Shown piece by piece: positions 13,037 to 25,757 of a stretch of DNA of 64,000 nucleotides; the first letter of the stretch is position 1, and each line of letters opens with the position of its first letter. Origin of the DNA: Eledone cirrhosa (Eukaryota). Below the pieces are notes generated by a model. The model was given only the letters and a program-made list of their open reading frames with translations, did not search any database and was not told the origin of the DNA. The DNA is taken from the NCBI GenBank assembly GCA_964016885.1, contig OZ024742.1, positions 242,482,001 through 242,546,000 of the forward strand, written 5' to 3'. The position numbers were made by a program, and so were the translations under genes.

Positions 13037-14408
13037 CAATATATAAACAGTTTTATAAATAAATTTGACATACCTTGGAAAATTTACAACTTCCATTTAA
13101 AAAGTTGTTATGGTAGTGAGAATGTTAATGACAGTTAGAAAGAAAGACGGAGAAAAAAGAAAAAAGAAAAAGAAGGAAAAAAACGAAAAAGAAAGAGCGG
13201 AAGGTGAAGAAGATGAAGAAATGTATGTAAATAGAGATTTATGAGGGAAGGGGGTACTGTAATTATTTATTTATTTATTTATTTATTTAGTGTTAAGGAT
13301 ACGGGGAGAAATAAAACAAAAACAAAAATAAATAAGGAGAGGTAGATCGAGTAATATCTATTATACGAGGTGGGAGAGATAGGGGAGGGGTGAGATACAG
13401 GAGATAGAGTTAAAATAGCCGATACATACGTCCCGTTAAATGTAGAGGGAGGAGGAGAGGAGATGTACTTAGAAATAAAAATGATAGTTTTAAAATATTA
13501 TGTTTCATCAGTCTATCAATTCCTATGAATTATAATGTAAATATCAATATTCATTAATGAAACACATATCAACAATGTGTGAAAAAATAATGACTATATG
13601 TTTAGTTTAAACATTTTTAGGTTTACAATCAAAATCTGAGATAAAACTTCAAAAAAATACTGAAATACATAAGTATATATGTATTTTCATGAAAAAAGAG
13701 AAAAAAAAGAAAAAAAAGAAAAAGAGAAAGAAAAAGAGAAGGTTATCTCAAATTGACATTATAGACATATGTGAGCCCACGTGAACAGCTCTGTAAATTT
13801 TTATTTCACATGAAAAGCTTCATTGCGTTAAAATAGATTTTACCGTACATATATGTACATACATACATACATATACATAAAATATACATTATTAGTAATA
13901 ATAATAATAATATTCTTGCCCTCTCATACATGATTATCGTTCAAGCATAGAATAGAACAGATATCAATATATTAAAATACTAAAATATTAAAAACGCCAA
14001 GAATATTTCACTCCCCAGAATATCTAGGGCCGTAAAAACCACATTGTGCCCCGCATATCAATCAATCCTTCCAATTTATTTGACAATATATTGCCAAGTT
14101 CATTAGAAGCAATCAGAATTAAAAGCAAACAAAACCAAAATTATTCACCAAACTTATTTAGCAGAAATCATTCAAAAAAAACTTTAGGATACCCGGTTGT
14201 TCTACAGATGCTCTTATATTTATTATAGAAGTTTATCTAGCTTAAAAAATTTGGTAGCATCCCCATTTTAAGGTAGTTTAATTACATTATTAATTATATA
14301 CCCATGAAGAAGGTTTAAAGAATTGAAGGAATCGAAAGATTTATCGCCAAGTTTTCTAAAGTAATTAAAAAATACTTAAAAAGTAATTAAAAGTCTTAAG
14401 TAAATATA

Positions 14409-15296
14409 CTACATTTTAAATTTATATTTATATTTAAAAGTTGAGTTCAATCTATGTCTGCAGCAACTGAATAATTTGGTCCGTAAATTAAGGGAATTTT
14501 TAGATTTCAGTATAAAGAATATCTCCTCCGCGCAGAGGTCACATGTCTCAGAGGAGGAGTTAAAAGGAATCCCTCTTGAGACTATATTCCAAACCATCGA
14601 ATATCCAACGTTATCATGTTTAAGTTGCCAGAGTAAGCCTGATAGTGATGTTGAAGATTTTTTGTTTGGATCCGTGAAAGAATTCTTGTGATTATTATAG
14701 CGAAGTTTAAATTCTGTCGAGGTGGAACCAACGTAATTAAAAGAATTTACATCAGTTTTAACATTACAGTTGTATATTATATTTTTAACTAAGCAATTGT
14801 TATTTAACGGGCATTTAGATCTATCTCTACAGTTACAGTTGTTTACTTGAATATTGTTTATGCTATTATCGGTATTTTGGCTAGGTTTTAGATTCCTATT
14901 ATTTATTCTATTAATATTTTGTGCTAAATTTTTGGTGGACGAGTAAGTTAATTTTATAGTATGTCTATTGAAAATTGAGTGATACTTATGTGTTCTAGGG
15001 AATCGTTTGTCAAGAGCATTAAAAAATAGTTTAGCGATGTGGGTTTTAATGTTTAGTGAGAAAGGGGGGCAAACCAAATTATGTTTCTAGTTCTATTTCT
15101 TTTCTGGCTTTTGGAATTATTGTAATTCTTTCTATTATAGTTGTTAAAGTTGTTACCGTAATTAAAATTGTTGTTATTTTGGTTAGTTTGTCTATTATTA
15201 TCGATGTACATAATTTTACCACTATATCCTGCTCTAGCTAACGCTTCATTGTAATACTGGGCTTTTTGGTCGAAAATATTTTTATTAGATGAGATT
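14409..15296 (-). pseudogene. AT-rich Naiad-like PLE 3' part (RT thumb end + GIY-YIG)
   Basis: PPFSLN..IFNRHTIKLTYS..CNCRDRSKCPLNNNC..YVGSTSTEFKLRYNNH..CDLC..CRH. Confidence 0.85.
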
Positions 15297-16457
15297 CTAG
15301 TTAGGGGTTGTGACCTTGCACCTGTAGACCATGTTTTTCGTCATGCATTCATTACTAAGGGGGCATAGTGATGGGTCTCTGCAATTACATGACTTCTTAA
15401 GCCCCACCACATGTACCGCGTGGTTACCATCACTCGGGGTTGGCTGGGTAGCCTCCGCAATCAGCACATGGTCGTTGGGTTCCGGTGTGCTAGTTGGGCC
15501 TGTCCGGGTTCCGTTGCGTCCCGCGTGCTGGTTCTGTTGGGTGGCTCCGGGATTTACGGTGGTATTAGAGGCAGTGATCCTATTCCTATTTATGCCAGCT
15601 ATGTGCTGGGCTACGGAGCGTGTGGTTGAGTAGGAAAGTTTCACCGTGTGCCTGTTGAATATTTTATGGTACTTGTGGCCCTGGAGAAACATTTATCCAG
15701 TACTCTAAAGAATGTTCTAGCCAGGCTGGTACGTAGACCCACCGAGTACGGAGGGTTAACCATGTGACCTTCCTGGTCCTATTCTTGCGGGGTTGTTGGG
15801 TGTCCGCCGTGGGCCACCGCGTTGTTGTGCACAGCTCATGTCGAGCTCGGTTGGTGTCAGTCGGGTGTGCGGAGCGGTCACTATCATGAGTGTTATATGG
15901 GCCCGCCGTGAGTCTATAAACTTGCGAGGTGCGGCCTCCCTGCTCAATTAGGGTTCGGCGGGTGGTGGGGCCGGTGCAGGGGTGCCTATCCTCCGCAGCA
16001 CATTGGTCTTCAGCGTTGTAGGTATTAGACCGGTGGGGTATGCGGGACCTTCTACCGGGGGTGGCGACGGGTACGGGTCTGGGAGTGTTACTACTGGTCA
16101 CCGAGGTATTAGGTGGGCGACTCATGCCCCTGAGGGTATTGGTACGGGGTACCCTTGGGTCATCTCGATCATGTCCCTTAGGGTTATAGCTGATCCTATC
16201 GCTGTGGGACGCCTTAACTCGCGCTGAGTTATAGAAATCAGCGTTACTATTGAAGATCTCTTCATTGGCTGACAAGTTAGAGATCCTGTCAGAGACACTC
16301 TTAACTACGGCCTTAACTATAGATCTAGGGTGATTAGACCCAGCGTTGATATACACCAGCTTCTCATTGCGTTTATGATATGGGTGGTGTAGCTTGGTGT
16401 TGAGGTTGAGGGTCGTGTCCAGGAAATTCACTACTTTTCTATTGGGTTCCATCTCTA
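15297..16457 (-). pseudogene. GC-richer Naiad-like PLE internal fragment, same family as 36751-40047
   Basis: FLDTTLNL..SNHP..; CNCRDPSLCPLSNEC; long near-identity to ~38440-39600; frameshifts. Confidence 0.85.
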
Positions 16458-16587
16458 ATATATATATATATATATATATTAAAGTGTTAAACGATATTCA
16501 ATGATTATGTCATAGAATGAGTTTTACAGTAGATTGAAAGCACTCTACGGGAAAATAATTTTCCGGAGTTATTAATATTATAATATA

Positions 16588-16926
16588 AATATGTAATAAA
16601 ATAGATGTTCTTTTGATCAATTACATTTTATTATACATATATCGGATGTACAAAAGTACGTCCTTATCAGACAAAATATAAAGATACATGACATACCCTG
16701 TGATGTTAAATGGTTAAGATTTAATCAAGGTAGTGATTAACCCGTGTTTAATCAAGGTAGTGATTAACCCGTGTTAATTACTACCTTGATTAAATCTTAA
16801 CCATTTAACATCTCAGGGTATGTCATGTATCATTATATTTTGTCTGATAAGGACGTACAGTTGTACATCCGATATATGTATAATAAAATGTAATTGTTCA
16901 AAAGAACATCTATTTTATTACATATT
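16588..16926. repeat. Long palindrome of a pLTR 3' end with a degenerate HHR in each arm
   Basis: Arms are reverse complements; right arm ttatattttgt-CTGATAA-ggacgtaca..tgtacatcc-GATA-tatgta-TA-ataaaatgtaa; ~28-bp tandem duplication near the centre. Confidence 0.85.
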
Positions 16927-17009
16927 ACAAAATGAAAAATAACCGAGGTGTCCTACACGAGTGGAAGTATAAAGAAAAAGGGATGAAATCGAAAATGCAA
17001 CTGAAGTCT

Positions 17010-17044
<35 letters not shown>

Positions 17045-17339
17045 ATATATATTTATTTGGTTCCTTTACCGGTTTCGCAGTTCTTCTGCTTTTCAAAAGG
17101 TGAGTTGAGATGGAGGGTCTGTGGTTTTTCTCACTGTGAGAAAAACCACAGACCCTCCATCTCAACTCACCTTTTGAAAAGCAGAAGAACTGCGAAACCG
17201 GTAAAGTAACCAAATAAATATATATATTTAAAAAAAAAAAAAAAAAAAAAAATAAGACTTCAGTTGCATTTTCGATTTCATCCCTTTTTCTTTATACTTC
17301 CACTCGTGTAGGACACCTCGGTTATTTTTCATTTTGTAA
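16925..17339. repeat. Near-perfect palindrome (~205-bp arms, centre ~17135) with U3-A8 HHRs at 17063-17100 (-) and 17171-17206 (+)
   Basis: Centre ttctcac-t-gtgagaa; minus-strand HHR has stem I cctt/aagg. Confidence 0.9.
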
Positions 17340-17351
17340 AAAAAACCTCAC

Positions 17352-17398
<47 letters not shown>

Positions 17399-17456
17399 TA
17401 TATACATATATATATATACATACATATATATATATATACATACATATATATATATA

Positions 17457-17526
<70 letters not shown>

Positions 17527-17529
<3 letters not shown>

Positions 17530-18130
17530 TGGCTGCCAACTCGTTTTCGAGTACGGCCACTACTTTATATCCATGTAGGAGAACCCCTACCGATGCGCTA
17601 AACGAGTGTGACTTTTTAGTCCAGCCAGCAACTTGTAAACTCTGGTACAAACACTACACTTGCGACAATTATTGACACATAGTGCTGGGCCCATGGTACT
17701 ATGTAACAACAAGAGCAAAGAGATCTCCAGATATAGAGCAATGCCTGTGCCGTGAAGCTTTTATAGTGAGCAAAGTCACTGCACAAAGCCAGTCCCACTC
17801 TCTTAACCAAGATGATATTTACCAAAAAGAAGAACAAGTCAACATCATTGGATACCATCAGGGTTGCAGGTGTTATATCAGAGTTTTCCTTCTCCTAGAA
17901 TTCTGCCCTGACAAAGGCTAAGGGGTCATCTCTCCCGGTTATTTTGGATGGCCATTGGTTCTTAAGAGCTCCTTTGACAGGTTTTGTTTTTAGTCCTGCA
18001 GGATGTCCAAAGTCACCCTCCTCACCAAGAAACCTTGGTGGGGTTGCCAGTTTAGTCGCCAAAGACCCGACTATGAGACAGGTTGTACTGGGATACATGT
18101 TACCAGTAGCACCAACTGGTGACCTGACAT
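17527..18130 (-). mobile_element. Non-autonomous retroelement with an RTE-5'UTR-like motif; longest of 3 copies
   Basis: Copies at 32262-32664 and 42518-43030 share the 3' end gagttggcagccacc+(AT)n and differ in 5' truncation; contains ctaggagaaggaaaactctgat. Confidence 0.7.
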
Positions 18131-18169
18131 AATATATATATATATATACACACATATATATATATATGT

Positions 18170-18237
<68 letters not shown>

Positions 18238-18243
18238 ATAATG

Positions 18244-18285
<42 letters not shown>

Positions 18286-18321
18286 TATATGTATATATAT
18301 GTATATATATGTATATGTATG

Positions 18322-18404
<83 letters not shown>

Positions 18405-18407
18405 GTA

Positions 18408-18662
18408 TAGAATCATTTGATAAGATATATACACCATCTCCTCTCCCAATCAGCATAATCAACCACACAATAAAAAAAATTAAACCAGGCTATAAGTTTA
18501 AAAGGCACCTATGAAGAAATAATAGATAAATAAACGACAGCCATCTATTCGCGATCAACAGCTATAGAATATCTACCCAACATTTCAAGAGCATGTGGAA
18601 ATCGATTAAATATATCGTCAACCATACACAATTAGGTATAAAATTAAAGTTAGAAGAAAAAA
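18408..18662 (+). repeat. Interspersed repeat, unclassified
   Basis: Related copies at ~1760-1980 (-), ~28268-28525 (+) and ~30262-30335 (+). Confidence 0.7.
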
Positions 18663-18939
18663 ATATATATATATAAACACATACATACATACATACATAC
18701 ATACATACATACATACATACATACATACATGCATGCATGCATGCATGCATGCATACATACATACATACATACATACATACATACATACATACATACATAC
18801 ATACATACATACATACATACATACATACATGCATGCATGCATGCATGCATGCATGCATACATACATACATACATACATACATACATACATACATACATAC
18901 ATACATACATACATACATACATACATACATAACGCACAC

Positions 18940-21900
18940 AACATGAACAAAAAGCACAAACACGATAGATATTCCTTTGACCAGACCATAAGAAGTAGAA
19001 AAACCAGGAGATCATTCTCAAGATCTCAACAGACACTACCCACAAGGAACGGGGGAAAAACGTAGAATAACCAGATCACTCTCAAGATCTCAACAGAGAT
19101 TACCCACAATAAACTGGGTGAAAAAGCGATCTAAACCTGAAAGCAAACCTAGGTCATTTTCCCAGATTGTTAAAAATAATGCTAACAAGAAATCGAAAAA
19201 TAATATACATAATACCAAAAATAGTACAAAAAATATAACGAAACCAAATATAATATCACGACCAAAAGTTCATCAAGCAAACACCAACAGGAATATAAAT
19301 CCTGACCGAACAGAGAAAAATCCATTTTTTAACGTCAGGACAACAAAACCGGAAAAAGAAAAACTCAGGAGGAAACATATCGAAAACAACTGTACACGTA
19401 GATCCTAAAATAATTAATTTATCCAAAAGAGATCTTGACAATGATGAAATGCAAATTCTGTCAAAAGGACTGAAATTCACACCGACTCCAACAGTCAACC
19501 ACCAAGAACTGAAGGAGGATACCCAAGAATTCTGTTGAAAATTACGTCTTTGTAGAATTCATCGCTGATAAAAGTAATGAGAGTGATGAATCACTAGTAA
19601 AGAATAAATCAAATTTCACTCCGCCAAAAGGAAGAAATATCTATCTCGACCAATACATTGACATCCTGTCTAAATTTCCTCTTAGACGTAATACTAATGT
19701 CAGGCCAAATATTAACAAATCAGAAATGTCTGCACTTAAACGTATACAAAATGATAAAACAATAATAATTAAACAAGCAGATAAAGGGGTGCAGTTGTTA
19801 TAATGGATGCTGAACACTACAAAGATTTGGTTGAGGAAAAACTGAAAGACACAACATTCTATCATGAAATACCGTCAAATATAGACCGCAACATCATGAA
19901 GAAGATCAACAACCTGGCTTCAAAATACCACAACTCACTTACTGATAAGGAAAGAGACTACATCACCAATTTTGAGCCAAAACCCAGCAACCTGTATGGC
20001 CTACCGAAAGTTCATAAGTCAAAAGAAATACAACTGGCAGTAAAAGAACAAAACAGTGAGTACATTAAAGTACTACCACCCAAGAGACTTAAAACTTGGA
20101 CCTATGGTCCAACATGCTGGTCCAACATACCCTACCCACCGTCTAAGCAATTTTGTTGACATTATTTTGAAACCACTATGTATTCACATACCCAGTTTGA
20201 TCCGGGATTATATCTACTTCCTGTCTTATCTTCCCAAAACCACGGAAACGAATTCACTTCTACTTAGTTTTGATGTGGTAAGCATTTACACCAACATTAC
20301 ACATGATTTAGGAATAAAGGCGGTTAAATACTGGGTGGAAAAATATAGAGAAGTTATTCCCACCAGATTCACAGCGCCATTTATATTAAATGCAGTCAAA
20401 CTTATTCTGGAAAACAACACTTTCTTCTTCAATGGAAAGAATTACATCCAAATTAGAGGCACAGCGATGGGAACGAAGTTTGCTCCCGTTTACGCGAACT
20501 CTGTAATGGGATACTTAGAACAACAACTCTACCAAGAAATAGAGGAAAAATATATAGTACTGACTTTAGAAAGTACATTGAAATATCTTGGAAGAGATAC
20601 CTTGACGACTGTTTCTACTGGACAGAATCTCTAGATACTCTGGATGAGTTCAATATCCTCCTGAATAACCTACACCCATCTCTCCAATTCACAAAAGAGA
20701 TGAGTAGTACCAAATTACCATTCCTAGATATAATGGTAATCAAAAACACCACCATTACCGCGGATATATATTATAAACACACAGACACCCATCAATATCT
20801 GAATTTTAAGTCGTGCCATCCACCTCATACAAAACGCAACATCCCATACTGCCTAGCCAGAAGAATTTGTACCATTGTAGAAGATACGAATACCAGGAAC
20901 AAACGCCAAACAAAACTAAGAGAATTTTTGCTCAAACAAAAATACCCATCGCTACTTATAGAAAATGGTATACAGCGGGCTATAAAAATACCTATACAAC
21001 AACTTAGGACAACCCAAGGCAGAAGAAACCAACAACTGGTCATACCACTTATAACGACACGCAACCCATGTCACCAGAATATCTTCAACATTGCCGAAGC
21101 AAACCTACCGATCATTGCTCAAAGTAATGAATTAAAAGGCTTAACCACAGATCGATCTTTGACTCTTAGTAAAAGACAGCCGAAAAATTTGAAGCAATTA
21201 CTAACAAAAGCAAAGTTTGACTTTAACAACAAAGACCAATCATTCACTGTATCTAAATGCAATGATAATCGATCTGGGACATGTCAATCCATACACACCG
21301 GTCAATATATGAAAACAAAAACTGGAAAAATATTCCCAAATGCAAATATGAACTGCAAAAGCATAAATCTAATTTACTGCATTTAATGCCCGAATTGTGA
21401 AGAACTATATGTCGGTCAAACTAGAAATGCACTATCGGAACGTGCACGGGTACACCGACAGCAAATCAGAGACCCAAATGTCCGGCAGATACCCCTGAGT
21501 AACCATCTAGCAACATGTGGTCAGAGAATATTTATAATATTTCCATTCTACAAATTACACAGCCCAAGTGAAATCAAGAGAAAAATCAAAGAAAAGAATG
21601 TTATTGATAAATTCCAACCCAAGCTAAATGAACAATAATAATGGGATATTAATCCTACTATGACTATGACTACGATCACTAACAACAACAACAATAATAA
21701 TAATAAAAGTGATGTTGATGGTGATGATTACAAAAAAATGCTATTTTCATCATTTCTAAAAATAGCAAAACAATTGATGCTTTGGATATGGTCAAATAGT
21801 AGTCGTTAGACATGCTCAACCAACCGTGACGCCTAAACCAATCAGCTTTAGTAATCCAGTGAAACTACACACTGATTGGTCGAAATACAGTTTGCAAGAT

Positions 21901-22194
21901 TTAGCATTCTGTAGCCACTTTTCAATGTATATAAGGCACAAAATTTACCCATCTCATTACAGTTGAAAATTGCAAACTTGACTGACACCACAGAATACGA
22001 ACCTGAAGATTGCGAAAGCATGAAAGTACTTGTTCAATTAACACTTAACATTTAATATTCTACCATACTATTTCATTCTAATACCATTATAAATTTTAAA
22101 GGATTGTAAATTAAACGAGTAAATCAGACAAAGTTGGAATTCATTTTATTAATATAATTTTCTATACACAATCATACACACCCCTGTATATTTA

Positions 22195-22195
<1 letters not shown>
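18940..22195 (+). mobile_element. Near full-length decayed Neptune-like PLE (RT, Cys motif, GIY-YIG, 3' pLTR)
   Basis: INLSKR..LSKGLKFTPTP, KQADKG, LYGLPKVHK, SFDVVSIYTNI, QIRGTAMGTKFAPVYAN, RYLDD, LPFLDI, YKHTDTHQYL, NLIYCI*CPNCEELYVGQT; multiple stops and frameshifts. Confidence 0.88.
21999..22035 (+). ncRNA. Minimal type-I hammerhead (37 nt) in the 3' pLTR
   Basis: gaac-CTGAAGA-t-tgc(gaaa)gca-t-GAAA-gtac-TT-gttc; palindromic stem III AGTACT. Confidence 0.8.
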
Positions 22196-22240
<45 letters not shown>

Positions 22241-22245
22241 AATAC

Positions 22246-22585
22246 AAATAGTGAAAACAATGAAATTAAACAAAAAATGGTTAATTCATAGTAAAACTCA
22301 TTAAACAAAATTATTATAAAATAATGAGTTTTACTATGGATTAACCGTTTTTTGTTTAATTTCATTGTTTTCATTATTTGACTCTGTATCCAATGAATTA
22401 TATCGTTGAAATTTTGTATTTTAAACTTTGCTTCATGACATCTTCTACATACGGATTACATTGAGTTCTTCATACGGCTTATTTGACTCTGTATCCAATG
22501 AATTATATCGTTGAAATTTTGTATTTTAAACTTTGCTTCATGACATCTTCTACATACGGATTACATTGAGTTCTTCATACGGCTT
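22246..22585. repeat. Inverted repeat (~57-bp arms) followed by a ~105-bp tandem duplication
   Basis: Direct reading. Confidence 0.75.
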
Positions 22586-22715
22586 AGACCCTACCATTAA
22601 TTGGTGGACTTATTTGTATATATATATATATATATATAACGAAGGAAATGTGGTAAGGAACCAGATGGACCATAACGCACCAAAGTACTCAATACTTAGG
22701 TTAGTAGAGTGGGTA

Positions 22716-22845
22716 ATAGGAACGAGTAGGACCCCGACGGCTGAGCTCAAGCCGTTTCGACGGCTAATTCTGGACTACAGAATCAGTCCAGAATTAGCCG
22801 TCGAAACGGCTTGAGCTCAGCCGTCGGGGTCCTACTCGTTCCTAT
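22716..22845. repeat. Perfect 61-bp inverted repeat with 8-nt loop
   Basis: 22716-22776 is the reverse complement of 22785-22845; the left arm continues into a repeat also found at ~41003-41085. Confidence 0.92.
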
Positions 22846-22954
22846 ATATATATATATAATATATATAATATATATATGCAATTTGAATGTTATTATCTAT
22901 TTGAAAAAGTGAAATATATTAAATTTTATGCACATATTTTTATTGATAATTTCA

Positions 22955-24514
22955 TCTATATATATAAAACTGTGGTTGTCTGTCTGTCTATCGATTTTTG
23001 GCACACATCTCCTCTTAGAATCTCTCACGGAATTGCACCGAAATTGCTATACTTGTACATTGAGCCCTAGCGAAGACATCGGAAAAAAAAAATTTCAAAT
23101 TGACCCGCCCTATCTGACGAAATCGAATATAATGTATCGATTTTTGAGCGTAAGTGATCAGTTATTTCCCTTTGTTCTGTTTACATTGAGCGTCTGCGTG
23201 CAAAAATTAAAAAAATTACGCTGGCTTTCTCAGCGTTTAAAATGACATTAACACAATAATTTTTACTTGAAAACAAGTCTATTTAAAGACTACGTAAAAC
23301 AAGCAAATATTTCGTAAAAAAAAGCAAAAATTATATAAGTTTATTTAAAATATATGTATCTGTAAATTTCGTTACGCGTGCAGTCAGTTTTATATATATA
23401 GATGATAAACAATAATATCCTCTATGAGGTCACTAAACCTGCTAGAAACAGCAGCTAACTCTCCCTCATATCACACCACTCCCTACTGTCTTAAATTTAG
23501 AAAACACATATCCTCTATGAGGTTACTAAACCTGCTAGAAACAGCAGCTAACTCTCCCTCATATCACACCACTCCCTACTGTCTTAAATTTAGAAAACAC
23601 ATATCCTCTATGAGGTTACTAAACCTGCTAGAAACAGCAGCTAACTCTCCCTCATATCACACCACTCCCTACTGTCTTAAATTTAGAAAACACATATCCT
23701 CTATGAGGTTACTAAACCTGCTAGAAACAGCAGCTAACTCTCCCCCATATCATACCCCTCCCTACTGTCTTAAATTTAGAAAACATATCTTCTATGAGGT
23801 CACTAAACCTGCTAGAAACAGCAGCTAACTCTCCCTCATATCACACCCCTCCCTACTGTCTTAAATTTAGAAAACATATCCTCTATGAGGTCACTAAATC
23901 TGCTAGAAACAGCAGCTAACTCTCCCCCATATCACACCCCTCTCTACTGTCTTAAATTTAGAAAACATATCTTCTATGAGGTCACTAAACCTGCTAGAAA
24001 CAGCAGCTAACTCTCCCTCATATTACACCACTCCCTACTGTCTTAAATTTAGAAAACACATATCCTCTATGAGGTCACTAAACCTGCTAGAAACAGCAGC
24101 TAACTCTCCCTCATATCACACCACTCCCTACTGTCTTAAATTTAGAAAACACATATCCTCTATGAGGTCACTAAACCTGCTAGAAACAACAGCTAACTCT
24201 CCCTCATATCACAACCCTCCCTACTGTCTTAAATTTAGAAAACACACAGACAACCATGCAGAACAACTCCATCGCAGCTCTGTTGTTCGGCTGGCATCGT
24301 CTACCCGCGTGTTGCGCAAGTACTGTGAAACAATAAATTTCAACACTTTTTTGCACAGAGATAATATCCATAGGCGAAACTACAATTGTCACTGCTGGCG
24401 CAGCTCATGCTTCCAGGTCTGCAATTCATTCACCAGTGCCTGGCAGACAAAAAAGTGCTGCAACCTAACAGTGGTAACTTAATGACCCCGAGCAACGCCG
24501 GGCTTTAATGCTAG
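22955..24514 (+). mobile_element. Non-autonomous Helitron carrying a 93-bp tandem array
   Basis: A|TCTATATATATAAAA 5' end with (ctgt)n; 3' hairpin cccgagcaacgccggg then CTAG|T; no TSD. Confidence 0.8.
23416..24245 (+). repeat. Minisatellite, ~9 copies of a 91-93-bp unit
   Basis: atatcctctatgaggtcactaaacctgctagaaacagcagctaactctccc... repeated. Confidence 0.95.
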
Positions 24515-25538
24515 TATTTGATAAATTAAATTTTATATATTCAACTAATTTTTATTATAAACAAATTTGAATTTTAATTATATTGGAGATGTTATAATTT
24601 CTACATCTTGGAAATATTGTAAACCTGTCGACTTATTAACAAATATAATGACTTCAGAAGCTGTTATGCCGAAACAGTATTATTAAATTTTTAATGTAAT
24701 GATAATTTATGTTGATTTATATCCTAAGATGGCCTCCAGTATATAACATTCAATGTATAATTATATAATTCATTTTCAGAAACTCTTTGCTCTACAGCCC
24801 CTTGCAAAAGTCGATATTTAATATGGCAGATGTTCGGAAACGGTACAAAATAAAATACAAATTATATCTAATATATATTTTAAATATAAAGTTAAGAAAT
24901 TGAAAAGTTTTAACTTCATTTGAAACGTCGCAATAAATGTTATTTATAGAGGGATATATATTGCAGCATAAATATCAATGCTGATATTTATAAAGGTGCA
25001 ACAGCAATTATCACTAAGCTAATAAATGAAACACAATTGTATTCATCTAGACTTTAAAAACTAATAAGAAATACATTATTTTTAAAATAGATTTATTCGG
25101 AATATATGATTGGGAAGTATATATTCCGAAATTGTAATTGCATGACTACACGGCGTCATTGCAAGTGACTATTAACTACTAGAATAACCAAAAATACGTA
25201 AGTTCCAGGTGACCTAAGACTGAGACGCAGTTTCGATTTGCTTTGATGCAGTTACAAATAGCCACGGTAAGTTAAAGATCTTTACATATATTTTCCTTTC
25301 CGTCCCCTTTTATATGTATGCGTTTCACGGCAGTAATAGATTTGTATGTGTTATTAACATTGATCGTTGTTTTTGTTGCAATTTAACTCAGATCCACTTT
25401 GATTGCTGAGGCCAGGAATTAAAGACGGCCAATCCATTATTAGACCCATCTGGTTAACAGGATGTGGCTCTTCGTCTAGTAGGTAGAGAAACACTGGAAA
25501 TGTTTCCTTATTGGCTCTTCGGTTTATATATATACATA

Positions 25539-25706
25539 CCATATTTCCCGGAGTCGAAGACGCTACTTTTTTCCTAAAATAAGTCTCAAAAATCTACCAT
25601 ACGTCCTGGAGGCCTGGGGTTGTTTATTAGGTTTTTTCAATTTTTTAGATGTCAAAATTAGGATGCGTCCTCGAGAACGAAGCATCTTAGGCGCCGGGAA
25701 ATACGG
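25539..25706. mobile_element. Tc1/mariner (pogo-type) MITE
   Basis: 26-bp imperfect TIRs ccatatttcccggagtcgaagacgct / agcatcttaggcgccgggaaatacgg, flanked by TA. Confidence 0.75.
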
Positions 25707-25724
25707 TAAATTCTGATACAAGCA

Positions 25725-25757
<33 letters not shown>

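Noticed and set aside
23416-24245. Regular repeat array as CRISPR or repeat protein
   Set aside because: No unique spacers, no cas genes, eukaryotic context; 91-bp units break the reading frame
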